From Balanoglossus misakiensis (lineage: Eukaryota > Animalia > Hemichordata), in contig JBECUI020000056.1 of assembly GCA_040954595.2 (NCBI GenBank), positions 1 through 51,574 on the forward strand: DNA of 51,574 nt. Direction: 5' to 3'. The notes beneath the pieces are model-generated. The model made no database searches. It was not told the origin of the DNA and saw only the letters and a list, made by a program, of their open reading frames with translations. Shown piece after piece: positions 41,000-51,574 of this stretch. A program made the translations under genes and the position numbers. The first letter of the stretch is position 1; each line of letters begins with the position of its first letter.

Positions 41000-43342
41000 T
41001 TACGAACCAATGTGTTTATGTAATGCATGTGAATACTCATAGAATTGATCTAACGTTAATTTTTTCAAGTAGATGATTCCTCGCGTTGAGCGAATGCGTG
41101 AGTCCTGATTTTGATGAAAAAATGATGCCCCAGTAAACTGCGTAGTTGCTCATATTGCTCCACCTGCACATTCTGTGCTAGATCAGAAAAAGGTCCATCA
41201 TACTCATAGCTCAGATTGAGTCAGAAAGGGACTGTATAAACGTCTGGTCGCATGACCGACATACTCCATTAATGTTGCCGGAATAAGAAATTAGCTTCAT
41301 AGGGTTGGTAGCGATACCATACATTCCGGTATCCCCAGACCTCAATATCATTTCTCTTGCTCTCTTTTTGATACTCTTTTAATGCCGCAGCAATGGCTTG
41401 TAAGACCTTATAATGCGTATCAGGTCCGCTCCCTTCGGGGTCAAGGGCAACCGTTATAACAGTCGGCTTTATGCGCTGGCATCGTAGCAACAACTGGTTT
41501 TATATCTCGTTTTATACCTCAGGATCTTCAGTGAATACATCACCCTTATAAAATCCTAACCGGGAATGAATTAACCGAAGAGCAGTGAAAGCCGAAGAAT
41601 CCCCATAATAAATCCGCTTCCCACTCACGAATCATTCCCTTCAACTGCTGAACTCCAGGGATATCCTTCCTGCCGGGATTACGAACTGGGTCAGATAGGA
41701 ACGTAGTTCTTCCAACTGTTTCCCAAAGTCTTTTTTTGTCTGCGAGGAGTATATCTCATTCAAGTTGCGCAAAAATCGGCATGCCGCATGAAAAATTTGC
41801 TTCTTCATGATCTTTTGCCGCAACAGCATCAAGATGGCAAAGCATATCGCGATTGCGTAACTCCTCATTAGTATAACTAAAATAGTTTTTATCAACGAGG
41901 GCATCAAAAACACTTGCCTTATTTACCAGTCCTTGTGCATGGTCAAATATGGTCGAGAAGATTATTATTACCACCGCATTAAACCCGCTTGTCAGATAAT
42001 TAAAATAATGAACATTAGACCGATCTCGGATAAGGCGTGCTAAAAATGATATATACCCCAACATAATATCATCGTGGTGGGGTGCAGTATGCAAGAACAC
42101 TTGATTGGTCGGTACTTGAAGAGAATTCAATACACATTGCTTATACTGCTCAGAAAGTGCACGAGCCATATCCAGCGTCTTATTGCCCACTTGTTCCCCA
42201 TTAACAATCTCGTAGAATCCGTTTGCTTGAAATCCTCTTCAGTTAAATCCGTTAATTTTTTTTGAACACGAAATGCCAACTCAGTAATAATTCTCGATGA
42301 ACCGTCTTGAAGTTGCTTGGGGTCATCTTTATAGTGTAAATAGTTCCGTTCATCAAGATGCTTTGCGGCTCCACTGGTAATGTAGAAACGTGCATTCGGT
42401 AAGGGATGGCAGTGCCGAGGCTGGTATGCGCACAGATTTTGCACCCGTAATTGCATCACTCACTATTTTTGCCTTTGCCTCTCCGGCAGCAATAATGATG
42501 GCAATACATTGCGGATTATACGTAATGGTCGATAGCCCGATGGTAATAACCAAGCGGTTTGCGTGCTGATTCTATCCCTCCTAAATCACTGGCAGCTGCT
42601 GCCTTGTGTTTCGTAGTTCGTTGCACAGAGCCGAGTTACAGAATAATGTTGTGCTCCCCGGACATTAAAGCCGATATGTCCATCCGGACCAATGCCGCCC
42701 AGAAAAAAAATCAATGCCCCCCCACTCACGGATCTGTGCCTCGTAGTTATCACAAAACTGATCAACCGCAACTAGCGCCTGCTGTTGCCGCTCTTCCAGT
42801 TTACTGGAAGGATTGCGTATTCGCAAAGTAAGGTCAACCAAATAATTCGGCCAAATTTGTTCTAGACTCTCGTCTGAAGCTAACCCAATAGAATCAGGAT
42901 TAATAAGCAATGCCTTTTGTATGTCAAGCCCAAACCCCTCTTATGTAATACTTTCTTACATAGTGGTTAAAACTGTTATGCTGTCGTGTGCTGATGGGAT
43001 AAAATTCATCAATTTGTACAAAGCGAAGACCCTTTAATGTTGGAGCATTCTTGCTGGAAATGCCGTAAGATTCCAAGACATGCCTTGTTTCCTTCGCATT
43101 CCACTGTGCGAGAAAAAACTTCATCCAATAAATAAAATGCTCCGGCGTCCTACCGGTAGGGAGGCAACAACGCCATCAGGGTTCTTCAACACCCATTCCA
43201 GAAACCGAAGGGCTGTCAACTTACCCAGAACAGAAAGACTGTCCACAACAATAACTCCTACCCTTTCGGATTCGGATGTATACGGACTTACTTTTTCATG
43301 CTGAAAATAAAAATTTTCTACGGTACTCCATTGCGGATTCAT
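41000..43342 (-). CDS. Long glucosamine-6-phosphate deaminase (NagB-like) fused to a PIG-L/LmbE-type deacetylase domain, heavily fragmented by indels
   Basis: Fragments in order: LPTGRTP region, FVQIDEFYP, FLGGIGPDGHIGFN, ITIGLSTI, AAGEAKA, HTAPHHDDIMLG, DPEGSGPDTHYK, WGYRNVW. Final frame ends ...HKHIGS* at 41000. Confidence 0.75.
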
Positions 43343-43501
43343 GGCTAACCCCTTTGACAATACACAACTATACTATATCCTTGCATGATGCACAAGCCTA
43401 TCCTAGACAAAAAAAGAAATCGTAACATTATACTGTAATTATAGGTAATTACTGGAAAGTATTATTATTGCACAGTTATATTCTGTCAATTGAGGGACAG
43501 C

Positions 43502-44376
43502 ATGGAAGGTATATTTACCGCTCTCGTAACTCCGTTTCATGCCGATGGCACGATCAACGAAACCGTATTACGTAACGTTGTTCGTTATAACATTGACAAG
43601 ATGGGAGTAGATGGACTCTATGTCGGTGGCTCCACCGGTGAAAGTTTTCTCATGAACAAAACAGAACGACACACTGTTTTGAAAATTGTACGAGAAGAAG
43701 CAAAAGACGACGTTATTCTTATTGCCCAAATCGCTTCGCTGAATATTTCGGATTCAATATCGCTGGGCAAAGATGCCCACCGAGTTAGGATATGCGGCAA
43801 TATCTGCAGTTACACCTTTTTACTATCAATTTACTTTTACAGAAATCAAAAAGTATTATCAAACCTTAACAGAGGCAATTGACAATACAATGATTCTGTA
43901 TTCCATTCCCGCATTTACAGGTGTTTCTATTTCCCTGTCTCAGTTTAATGAACTGCTCTCCTTACCGAAGGTCGGCGGTATTAAATATACCGATTCTAAT
44001 CTCAATACATTAGAAACGTTTAACTGTAATCCACCCAGATAAAACGTTTTTATTTGGGAAAGACGAGATGCTGATAGCAGGTTTAGTGTGGACATTAGCG
44101 GTGCAGTCGGGTAGCACCTATAACGTACTTGGACAAAAGGCAAAAAAACTTCGTGAATACATGAAGCAAGGAAAACTATCCGATGCCCGGGCCTTACAAC
44201 ATACCATCAACAAGGCCATAGCAAAAATGCACGAGCACGGCGTTATACCAAACTATAAAGAAGTATTACATATTAAAAGGAATAGGAAAAGGATATGTAC
44301 GATTACCTTTTCTTGAATTGAACGGGGAGCAAAAGAAGATATACAGAAAAATAATAGATATATTTTAGGAGACTAA
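43502..44376 (+). CDS. nanA: N-acetylneuraminate lyase (DHDPS/NAL family), fragmented by indels; 3' end approximate
   Basis: GLYVGGSTGE, SAVTPFYY, LYSIP, GGIKYT (Schiff-base Lys), GSTYN; RBS GAGGGA. Confidence 0.8.
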
Positions 44377-44501
44377 TAATTGCCATAACAGGAGTTACTG
44401 TTGTCTCACGCTAATACTGCACTACCGTAATGTGCAAATGCTTTATGGGAATGCTATAACTTGTGTCGTATGGATATTATTAATTATTAAGGAGGGGATG
44501 T

Positions 44502-46162
44502 ATGAAAAAAACATTCATTCTAAGTATGTTGTTGGGTTTCTTTGGTATACTATCAGTGTGTAGCGGTGGAAATCAGGAAGTTGTTACACAGGCAGATGCA
44601 GTTTTAGCAGATGTACGGGTGCGGCAAGCGTTTGCACATGCTATCCGATATGGAAACAGTGGCAGAAACCTTATTTGACGGAAAAATTGTTGTAGCAAAC
44701 AGTTTGACCCCAAATGGCGATTGGAAGGCCAGTGGTCTAAAAACGTATAGTATAACCCCGATAGAGCACGCGAACTATTACAAGAGGCAAGCTGGGACCC
44801 GAACTATGTACTTGATGTCGTACATTATTACGATGACCAGTTAACCATAGACTTTTGCTCACCATTCAAAACTATCTGGATGCTGTCGGCGTTAAAATGA
44901 AGTTTCGTTTGTTATCCGGTGATCTCGGTGCACAGCTATGGACTACCCCATCCGATCCGGCCAATGGTCCATCGGCAGTTCCAATGGGATTTAGCATACG
45001 GTGCAGTAGCGGCATTAACCCCACATGAGGTATATAACCGTTTTGCAACTGCTGCCTCTATTAATTCACATACACCAAGCGACGCAGAATTAGACACACT
45101 CATTGCTGCAACCAATGCAACGGCTGATGCCGATGAACAAAAACAAGCATTTTGCCGCATTACAACGATATGAGAATGATACTCTGTTTGCATTACCTCT
45201 GTATCAAACAACCATGTTTATCTTCGAGAGCAATCGACTGAACCATGGTGGGGCAGCACACGGGAACGGCATCTGGGCATACGACTGGAAAATTACTGAT
45301 TGGACTGTACAGCCCGGATAAAAAAGCGGAAACTATACCTTGTATTCCGACGGTGGTCCTACAGAATACTTTGAAGCACCATTTATAAACCCCAGTCAGG
45401 AATGTATGCAAAATTCTTATATGACCGGTTAATAGTTGCAGATAAGGATATAGCAAGTTATGCGGGACAATTAGCGCAGTCATATTCTCTTAGTTCCGGA
45501 CTGGGTTTGACCTTCAGGTTGACCTTAACATTCGTACTACGAAATGATGTTACTTGGCATGACGGAACACCATTTACTGGCGAGATGTTAAATTTACAAT
45601 TGAGTATTCATCTCGTGTACCAACACTGAACCCCATTGCATCTGCAACATACGCTTCGTTGGAAGGGTATGAGGATTTTATTAATGGCACGTCTCCTAGC
45701 ATAAGCGGCATTGTCATGGACGGGAATACCGTAACATTACAGTTTGCTCAGTTGGCACCTGCAGCTCTCTCAGTTTTCTCGCAATGGCCACCCCTTCCCA
45801 AACATTTGCTGGAAAACTCCGACCCCCTACTCTCTCAACAGGCACCCTATTGGCGCAATCTTGTCGGGGACCGGTCCCTTCAAGGTGGAAACTGTTGAAT
45901 GGAACGATTATTCCACCTTTGTTCCCTATGAAGGGTATCGAAGTAGGGGACGGGGCAATATTGATCGGATCCAATTAATATCCAGCGGGTTCTCGTATTG
46001 TAAATACGGTGGTGAACTGTGGAGGCAGGGCTCATCGACTTTACCTACAGCAGGGTCGTCAGTGATGCCCAAGCAGTTGAGAAAATGGATCACATGAAGG
46101 TGGTTCCTGTTAATATATTTTATACACGCTTATTGTATGTTAACAAGTTTAAGCGAGAATAA
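44502..46162 (+). CDS. Family-5 (Opp/Dpp/SatA-like) ABC substrate-binding protein, circularly permuted, fragmented by indels
   Basis: AAGGAGG followed by MKKTFIL signal. Motif order: DVRVRQAFAHAI, YNPDRARELL, ALPLY, then YDRLI, LRNDVTWHDGTPFTG, GTGPFK; ends TRLLYVNKFKRE*. Confidence 0.8.
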
Positions 46163-46172
46163 GTTCTATTTG

Positions 46173-46201
46173 AAGTATCTGTGCTATTAGCACAGATACT
46201 T
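46173..46201 (+). terminator. Perfect 13-bp stem-loop after the binding-protein gene
   Basis: AAGTATCTGTGCT-ATT-AGCACAGATACTT. Confidence 0.7.
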
Positions 46202-46220
46202 GTACTACCATGGAAAAAAC

Positions 46221-47188
46221 ATGATAGCCTATACCATTCGTAGAGTTTTCATACTTGTTCCGCTGGCTTTTTTTATTAGTTTCCTTATCTATCTAGGGAC
46301 TGGAAGCGATGCCGGGGGATCCGGTCAGTTACATGGTGAACCGGAGTTAGCAGCTGAAATTGACCCCCAAGCATTGGATGCTTTACGGGAAAAATTAGGA
46401 CTAAACAAACCTTTCCCTTACTCGTTATTTTACATGGGTAGGGGAAGTCTTACAGGAAAACTTGGCTACAGTCTTACAAGTGGAGTGGCAATTGCGGAAA
46501 CAGTGTTGGACCGTCTTCCCGCCACATTGGAATTGTCGGTTATTGGCATTGTTTTTCTCTACCCTGTTCGGAACCTGTTTCGGCGTGATCTCTGCATTAA
46601 AAAAAGAAAGCACTACGGATAGCATTTTTACATTTGCAGGAATGATCGGCATTTCCATTCCATCATTTTTCTTTGCCATCCTCTGTATTGTCTTCTTCGG
46701 ATTGTATCTGGATTGGCTGCCAATAGGTGGAAGAATCTTACCGGGCTACAGGACATTTTTTGACCGCCTGCCGCATCTCATTATGCCTGTATTGGTATTG
46801 TCCACAACCTTAACCGCAGGGGTCATGCGTTATTCTCGTGCAAGCATGCTGGATTCACTCAATAAAAACTTCATTCAAACAGCAAGAAGTAAGGGTTTGC
46901 CGGAATGGCGTGTCAATCTTATCCATGGGTTTCGGGTATCACTGACACCGGTTATTGTGCTTATCGGATTCCGTTTACCCATTTTAATAGGAGGATCGGT
47001 TATTATTGAAGAAGTATTTCAATGGCCGGGCATCGGATCCGAGTTTGTTGCTGCAGTTCGCAATCTAAACTATCCCTTTGTTATGATTATTGCCTTCTGT
47101 ACTGTATTAGCCATGCTTACCGGAAGTTTTTCTTATCGATCTTCTGACAGCCGTCATTGATCCACGGGTAAGATTGGGGAAAGAATGA
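46221..47188 (+). CDS. Family-5 ABC permease (OppB/DppB-like), fragmented by indels
   Basis: MIAYTIRR, RLPATLEL, TARSKGL, GGSVIIEEVFQWPGIG, ends DPRVRLGKE*. Confidence 0.82.
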
Positions 47189-48109
47189 CAGCTCACATAA
47201 CAAGAAACAGGTTGGATAAGCAGTTTGATCGGATAAAAGAACAAGAAGATCCGGCTTATTGCAGAACAAACAACGAAATAGAGTTATACAGAAATTTCTA
47301 ACAATCGTCTGGCGGTCGCTGGATTAATTGTTTTTTCTATCATTTTATTTTCATCAATATTTGCACCATTGCTGACAAGCTATAGACCCAACGAGATAAA
47401 CCTGCGAAACACTGGAGTCTCCAACCGGCAAACATATCTTTGGCACGGATAAGATCGGCAGGGATGTCTTTACCCGAATTATTTACGGGGGACGCGTTTC
47501 AATTCTCGTCGGACTCGGCAGTGCACTGCTGGCATCGTTTATTGGAGTGTTTATCGGTTGTTATACGGGCTACAAGGGGGCTGGCTCGATGCACTGGCAT
47601 TGCGTATATCAGAGATAATCCTCTCTTTTCCCAATATCATTCTTAACTTGATGTTGGTAACCATCTTTGGACAGAGCATCATAAATTTGATTATTATTCT
47701 TTTCAGTCATCGGGCAGGCGGCAGTATTTCGCATGACACGGGCAAAAATACTATCGATCCGCGAAGAGGAATACGTACAGGCACTGCAAGCATTTGGACT
47801 CAATACCTTTGTCATTTGTTATAAAACACATGCTGCCGAATATCTTAGGTCCGACTATGGTAAAACATAACCTTATCTACCGCTACCTTCATTATTATTG
47901 AAGCAGGCTTAAGTTTTCTCGGGTTAGGAGTTCCATTAGATATTCCGACTTGGGGGAACATTCTTAATGTTGCAAACGATATTAATATTCTTCTTAATGC
48001 CTGGTGGGTATGGCTCCCGGTGGGAATTGTTATTTCTTTGTTTGTACTGAGTGTCAACTTTATTGGTGACGGCATGCGGGATACGACCGATCCGACACAA
48101 CAAGGATAA
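47185..48109 (+). CDS. Family-5 ABC permease (OppC/DppC-like), fragmented by indels
   Basis: Manual reading: FGTDKIGRDVF.RI.YGGR, GGWLD, EAGLSFLGLG, PTWGNIL, IGDGMRD..DP. Confidence 0.8.
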
Positions 48110-48113
48110 AGAA

Positions 48114-49114
48114 ATGAACGATACCCCGGTTCTGACCGTAGAGAACTTAAAAACATATTTTTATACCAACCAACGATGCAATAAGGTTATCAATGGCATT
48201 TCTTTTCAGGCAAAAAAGAGAAAGACACTTTGTATTGTCGGCGAAAGCGGATGTGGGAAAAGTGTTACTGCTGCTTCCATTATGCGTTTACTGCCCGAAT
48301 TATCACGGATAGAAGAAGGCAAGATTGTGTATCACGCGGATCAGGGCGACATTCGCATTGATCAACAGGAAAAAAACGGCATCACTATGCGAAAACTGCG
48401 CGGAGCTGAACTGGGCATGATTTTTCAAGACCCTATGACATCATTCAACCCCGTTTACACAGTTGGCTTTCAGATTATAGAGAATATCAGGGAACATTAT
48501 CGGATATCACGACAGGAAGCACGCAACAAAGCTATTTCATTGTTACACCAGATGGGCATTCCCCTTCCGGAAAAGCGTATTAGACCAGTATCCGCATGAA
48601 TATTCAGGGGGGATGCGTCAACGTGCCATGATTGCTATGGCAATGGCATGCAATCCCAAGCTATTAATTGCCGATGAGCCGACAACAGCACTGGATGTAA
48701 CTATTCAGGCACAGATATTTGAACTCATGGAAGAGTTAAAGAGCAAAACATGATACTGCGGTCTTGCTTATTACTCATGATATGGGTGTTGTTGCAGAAC
48801 TGGCGGATGATGTAGCTGTTATGTATATGGGACATATTGTCGAGCAGGGAACGGTGCATGAAATTTTCCAAACCCCCCTGCATCCCTATACAAAGGCACT
48901 GCTTCGTTCCATTCCCATACTCGGCAAGGGGAAGAATCAAACTGTCAAACCAATTTATGGATCCCCGCCTGATCCGTACAATCGTCCGGCGGGCTGTCAA
49001 TTTTACCCACGTTGTGAACAAAAATCGGAAGAATGTCTGGTGCTTCCCAGGCGCACGAAGATTACCGATACGCATTACGTTATGTGTTGGAATTATAAAA
49101 ATGATAAAACATAA
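48114..49114 (+). CDS. Family-5 ABC ATPase (OppD-like), fragmented by indels
   Basis: [57 protein letters not shown]. Confidence 0.85.
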
Positions 49115-49490
49115 AGACATACTACTGCAATTACGGAATCTCTGTACGTATTTCCCAATAAAGAAGGGCATTTTTAAGAGAACCATTGGTCATATTAAGG
49201 CTATCAACGATATTAGTTTAGATATTTACCGAGGCGAAACGCTTGCGGTTGTTGGCGAAAGTGGCTGCGGAAAGTCTACTCTCGGCAAGTCCATCTTAAA
49301 ACTGCTCCCTATACGATCCGGGCAGGTTCTCTATCACACCGACAACAAAGTCTTAGATTTAACAGAGTTGTCGCGAAAAGAGATGCTCCCATTACGAAAA
49401 AATTACAGATTGTTTTTCAGAATCCATATTCATCATTAAATCCTGCATTCTCTATTTTTAATTCGCTACAAGATCCACTTAAGAAATAGA
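49101..49490 (+). CDS. Family-5 ABC ATPase (OppF-like), 5' third only; truncated at the chimeric junction
   Basis: [13 protein letters not shown], then after an A-run indel [14 protein letters not shown]...DPLKK*. No ABC signature or Walker B motif follows. Confidence 0.8.
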
Positions 49491-49740
49491 ACAGACCTGC
49501 CAATGGCAGAAAAGAGTCAGAGATCCGACTTGAGACTTTTTACGCTATGATCTATTTTGTGACAACTTTTTGCACTACGATCTAATTTTTTCCACTGCAG
49601 TCTATTTTTGACAACTTTGTACGCTGTTTTGTATTTTGCGATTGATATCAACACCATTTTCGCGCCTTGCGCGCGTTTTTCAATAATATCAGATACTGAC
49701 CTCGTGATTTTTCTGTTTTTCCGGTTTATAGGAGTTACAG

Positions 49741-49895
49741 GAACATGCAAATTTGCTTCGGGGCGTCGACCACGAAACAGTGACAACGCTAGAATCACAC
49801 TTCGTAGAAGCAATTAAAAATTTATGGAATGATCCAGGCATTCAAGAGTGTTACGACAGAAGAAGAGAGTATCAACTTACAGATTCAGCAAAATA
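49741..49895 (+). CDS. GNAQ: Exon of a metazoan heterotrimeric G-protein alpha subunit, Gq class
   Basis: Encodes [51 protein letters not shown](Y). Flanked by TACTGAC branch-like motif (49694-49700), a pyrimidine tract and AG, and by a TA|GTGAGT donor. Confidence 0.92.
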
Positions 49896-50104
49896 GTGAG
49901 TTGTGTTTATTGTCGTTGTTTTGTGGCATTTGCATCTTTTAAGGAGAGTGAGTGTGTTTGGTCAGAGAGAGAGGAGGGGAGGGGGGAGGAGAGAGAGAGA
50001 GAGAGCGAGTGTGTGTGTCAGAGAGAGGGAGGGGGAGGGAGGGAGCAAAATAGTGAGTTGTGTTTATTGTCGTTCTTTGTGTCATTTGCATCTTTTAAGG
50101 AGAG
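49887..50104 (+). repeat. ~62-nt near-perfect direct repeat spanning the exon 3' end and splice donor
   Basis: AGCAAAATAGTGAGTTGTGTTTATTGTCGTT...CATTTGCATCTTTTAAGGAGAG at 49887-49948 and 50044-50104 (2 substitutions, 1 indel). Confidence 0.9.
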
Positions 50105-50276
50105 AGTGAGAGCAAGTGTGTGTGTCAGAAGAGAGAGGGAGGGAGGGGGAGGAGAGAGAGAGGAGAACGAGAGAGAGAGTGAGAGAGAGAGGGGAGTGAG
50201 AAGGGGGAAGAGAGAGGGAAGGAAGGAGAGAGGTGAGAGAGAGAGAGAGGGAGGGAGGGGGAAAGAGAGAGAGAGA
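49943..50276. repeat. (GA)n/(GT)n/GGA-rich microsatellite tract
   Basis: Directly visible purine-rich low-complexity sequence. Confidence 0.95.
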
Positions 50277-51574
50277 TGTATACTCAGTAAAATTGAAACT
50301 ATTGTCATTTGTTTTAATTCATTGCTATTTTTTAAAATCCTCTTTGTAACTTATCAAAATCTGTCATTAATTAAAATTCAGGGCACCAGCTTGGCATTTA
50401 CAACCATGAATTTAGCCAATAATTAAGATGATCAATGATTCTTTGATGGCCAAAAATATTTCATGGAGTTTATCTCAGAATTAAACTCAGTGACGTGACC
50501 ATAGGATTTTATTCAACCGCTGGATTTAATTTATTTTTGTTGAGCTATGTGCAAAATTCCATGAAAATGACGATAGTAGAATTTGGTTATCTGGCAGTTC
50601 TCTGTGTATGTCCTTAATTAACACTGACATCAGTGAAGTGTTTTGTGGTTTTAAAAATCAGATAGTTAAGAAAAAAATCATGGAATATCTGAAAGGAAAA
50701 ATATTGGGATTGCTGAATAAGAGAATACATTGATTGATGCCACTATGACATTTTAATCATATCAGCATCGTTAATGTCAGGGGGAATTTTCATTAAATTT
50801 ATCGTTTCTGAAATTTAGTGTTTTGATGTCGCTGTGACTAGGAAGAAACTGTCCTCTTTTGAGTGTATTTTGTGAGCTGTGAATTCAGTGCCCGACGCTT
50901 TTTATTGATGACATCATATGTGAGTTGAATGACGATAGTATCCAATTCTGCGGTGAACGCCATCACCTGTTTTCACCATTAGTGATATGCAAATGAGTGA
51001 TGCGGAGGAATCCCTGTGACTATCACGTGACTGTCATGTGATCTGTGCCCTAACTCAGCGTATATTTTTAAGAATGTGTGTTTTTGGTAGATAACCTGCT
51101 CATATGTGGGTGTATATGTGGAGAATATTAAAAAATGAATGTCTGAGACGATGCTGGTTACGAAAGGAAAGCAATATGAAATGAGTTGACTGTCCTTTTA
51201 AAATGTGACCTCCTTTTTTCTGTTCTGACCTTGACCTGCAATTTCTGTCGTTTGTTCAGCTGTAGGGACAAGTGACACTGAGCAAACCCAGGCTTTTTAT
51301 CCATTCCTGGAATATCCGTGAAATCCCGGAAAAATGAAATTTACTCCGTGGGAAAAATTGAGTTACTAATGCTGTCAGAAAGTCTTGATTGTGAAATTTT
51401 TTTATGACAAAATTACTGCACAGATATCTCATGGGAAAAATGGCGTATTTGACCTCGATAACTTGTGGAAAAATGTTGTTAAAATTCCTTGTGGGTTGTG
51501 AAATTGTGAATGACTTTCAGCAAGAGAGGGCATCATCTTTAGTTAACCTGATAAGCCTTGGAAAACTGGTTTGA

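Larger units (their letters stand above)
49491..51574. other. Non-bacterial (animal) genomic DNA, intron-like, joined to the bacterial contig
   Basis: No credible long ORFs, GA/GT microsatellites, AT-rich non-coding DNA, and an embedded spliceosomal exon. Confidence 0.88.

Noticed and set aside
31520-43452. Shared TAATTATA motif upstream of the nucleotidase, sugar-binding protein and NagB genes as a regulator site
   Set aside because: On the coding (minus) strand it reads TATAAT, so ordinary -10 boxes explain it.
45503-45527. Short tandem duplication GGTTTGACCTT/GGTTGACCTT in the binding-protein gene
   Set aside because: It lies in the low-accuracy zone and cannot be distinguished from a consensus artefact.
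39300-49490. Pseudogene cluster or programmed frameshifting
   Set aside because: The indels are numerous, often in homopolymers and increase toward the contig end; sequencing error is the simpler explanation.
49741-49895. Horizontally acquired eukaryotic G-protein gene functioning in the bacterium
   Set aside because: It is a single exon with spliceosomal signals and no start codon or RBS, so it could not be expressed by a bacterium.
49848-50426. 192-aa Arg/Glu-rich ORF and overlapping ORFs
   Set aside because: These are translations of the GA microsatellite, not genes.
50980-51240. ATGCAAAT, CACGTG/CATGTG and TGACCTTGACCT motifs as host regulatory elements or taxon markers
   Set aside because: Short motifs like these are common in animal non-coding DNA and are insufficient to assign function or host taxon.

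Overview
Bases ~1-49490 are bacterial. The gene types point to a spirochaete: short ParC/ParE, an FSPDGDG-repeat/OmpA protein and 'AGG..E'-type binding-protein N-termini. From left to right the bacterial part contains three blocks. (1) An AT-rich, minus-strand defence island downstream of tRNA-Ser(CGA), with Sir2-HerA, a GIY-YIG nuclease carrying a RAMA-like domain, an HNH nuclease carrying a DpnI-like winged helix, and unknowns. (2) A core region: nfeD-floA, Cyp-FKBP, tRNA-Gly/coaX, DJ-1, OmpA-family protein, ABC-2 exporter, parCE, sulfate ABC operon, prmC/prfA, lipA, 5'-nucleotidase and hisC. (3) An amino-sugar/sialic-acid utilisation locus: GH2, GH20, sugar ABC, NagB-deacetylase fusion, NanA and a family-5 ABC system. 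From ~39.3 kb the genes are increasingly broken by 1-nt indels, which look like long-read error rather than decay. At ~49490 the last ABC ATPase gene breaks off and the rest is animal DNA, including a 155-nt spliceosomal exon of a G-alpha-q gene, so the contig end is most likely a symbiont/host chimera. The main findings are a predicted leaderless Cys/Met-rich uORF (MPNYLHKCGPAMKMCC) with competing pairings ahead of the sulfate operon, a circularly permuted family-5 binding protein next to nanA, a defence island with several putative modified-DNA sensors, and coaX starting 2 nt after a tRNA. All family calls come from motif recognition by eye; no searches were run.
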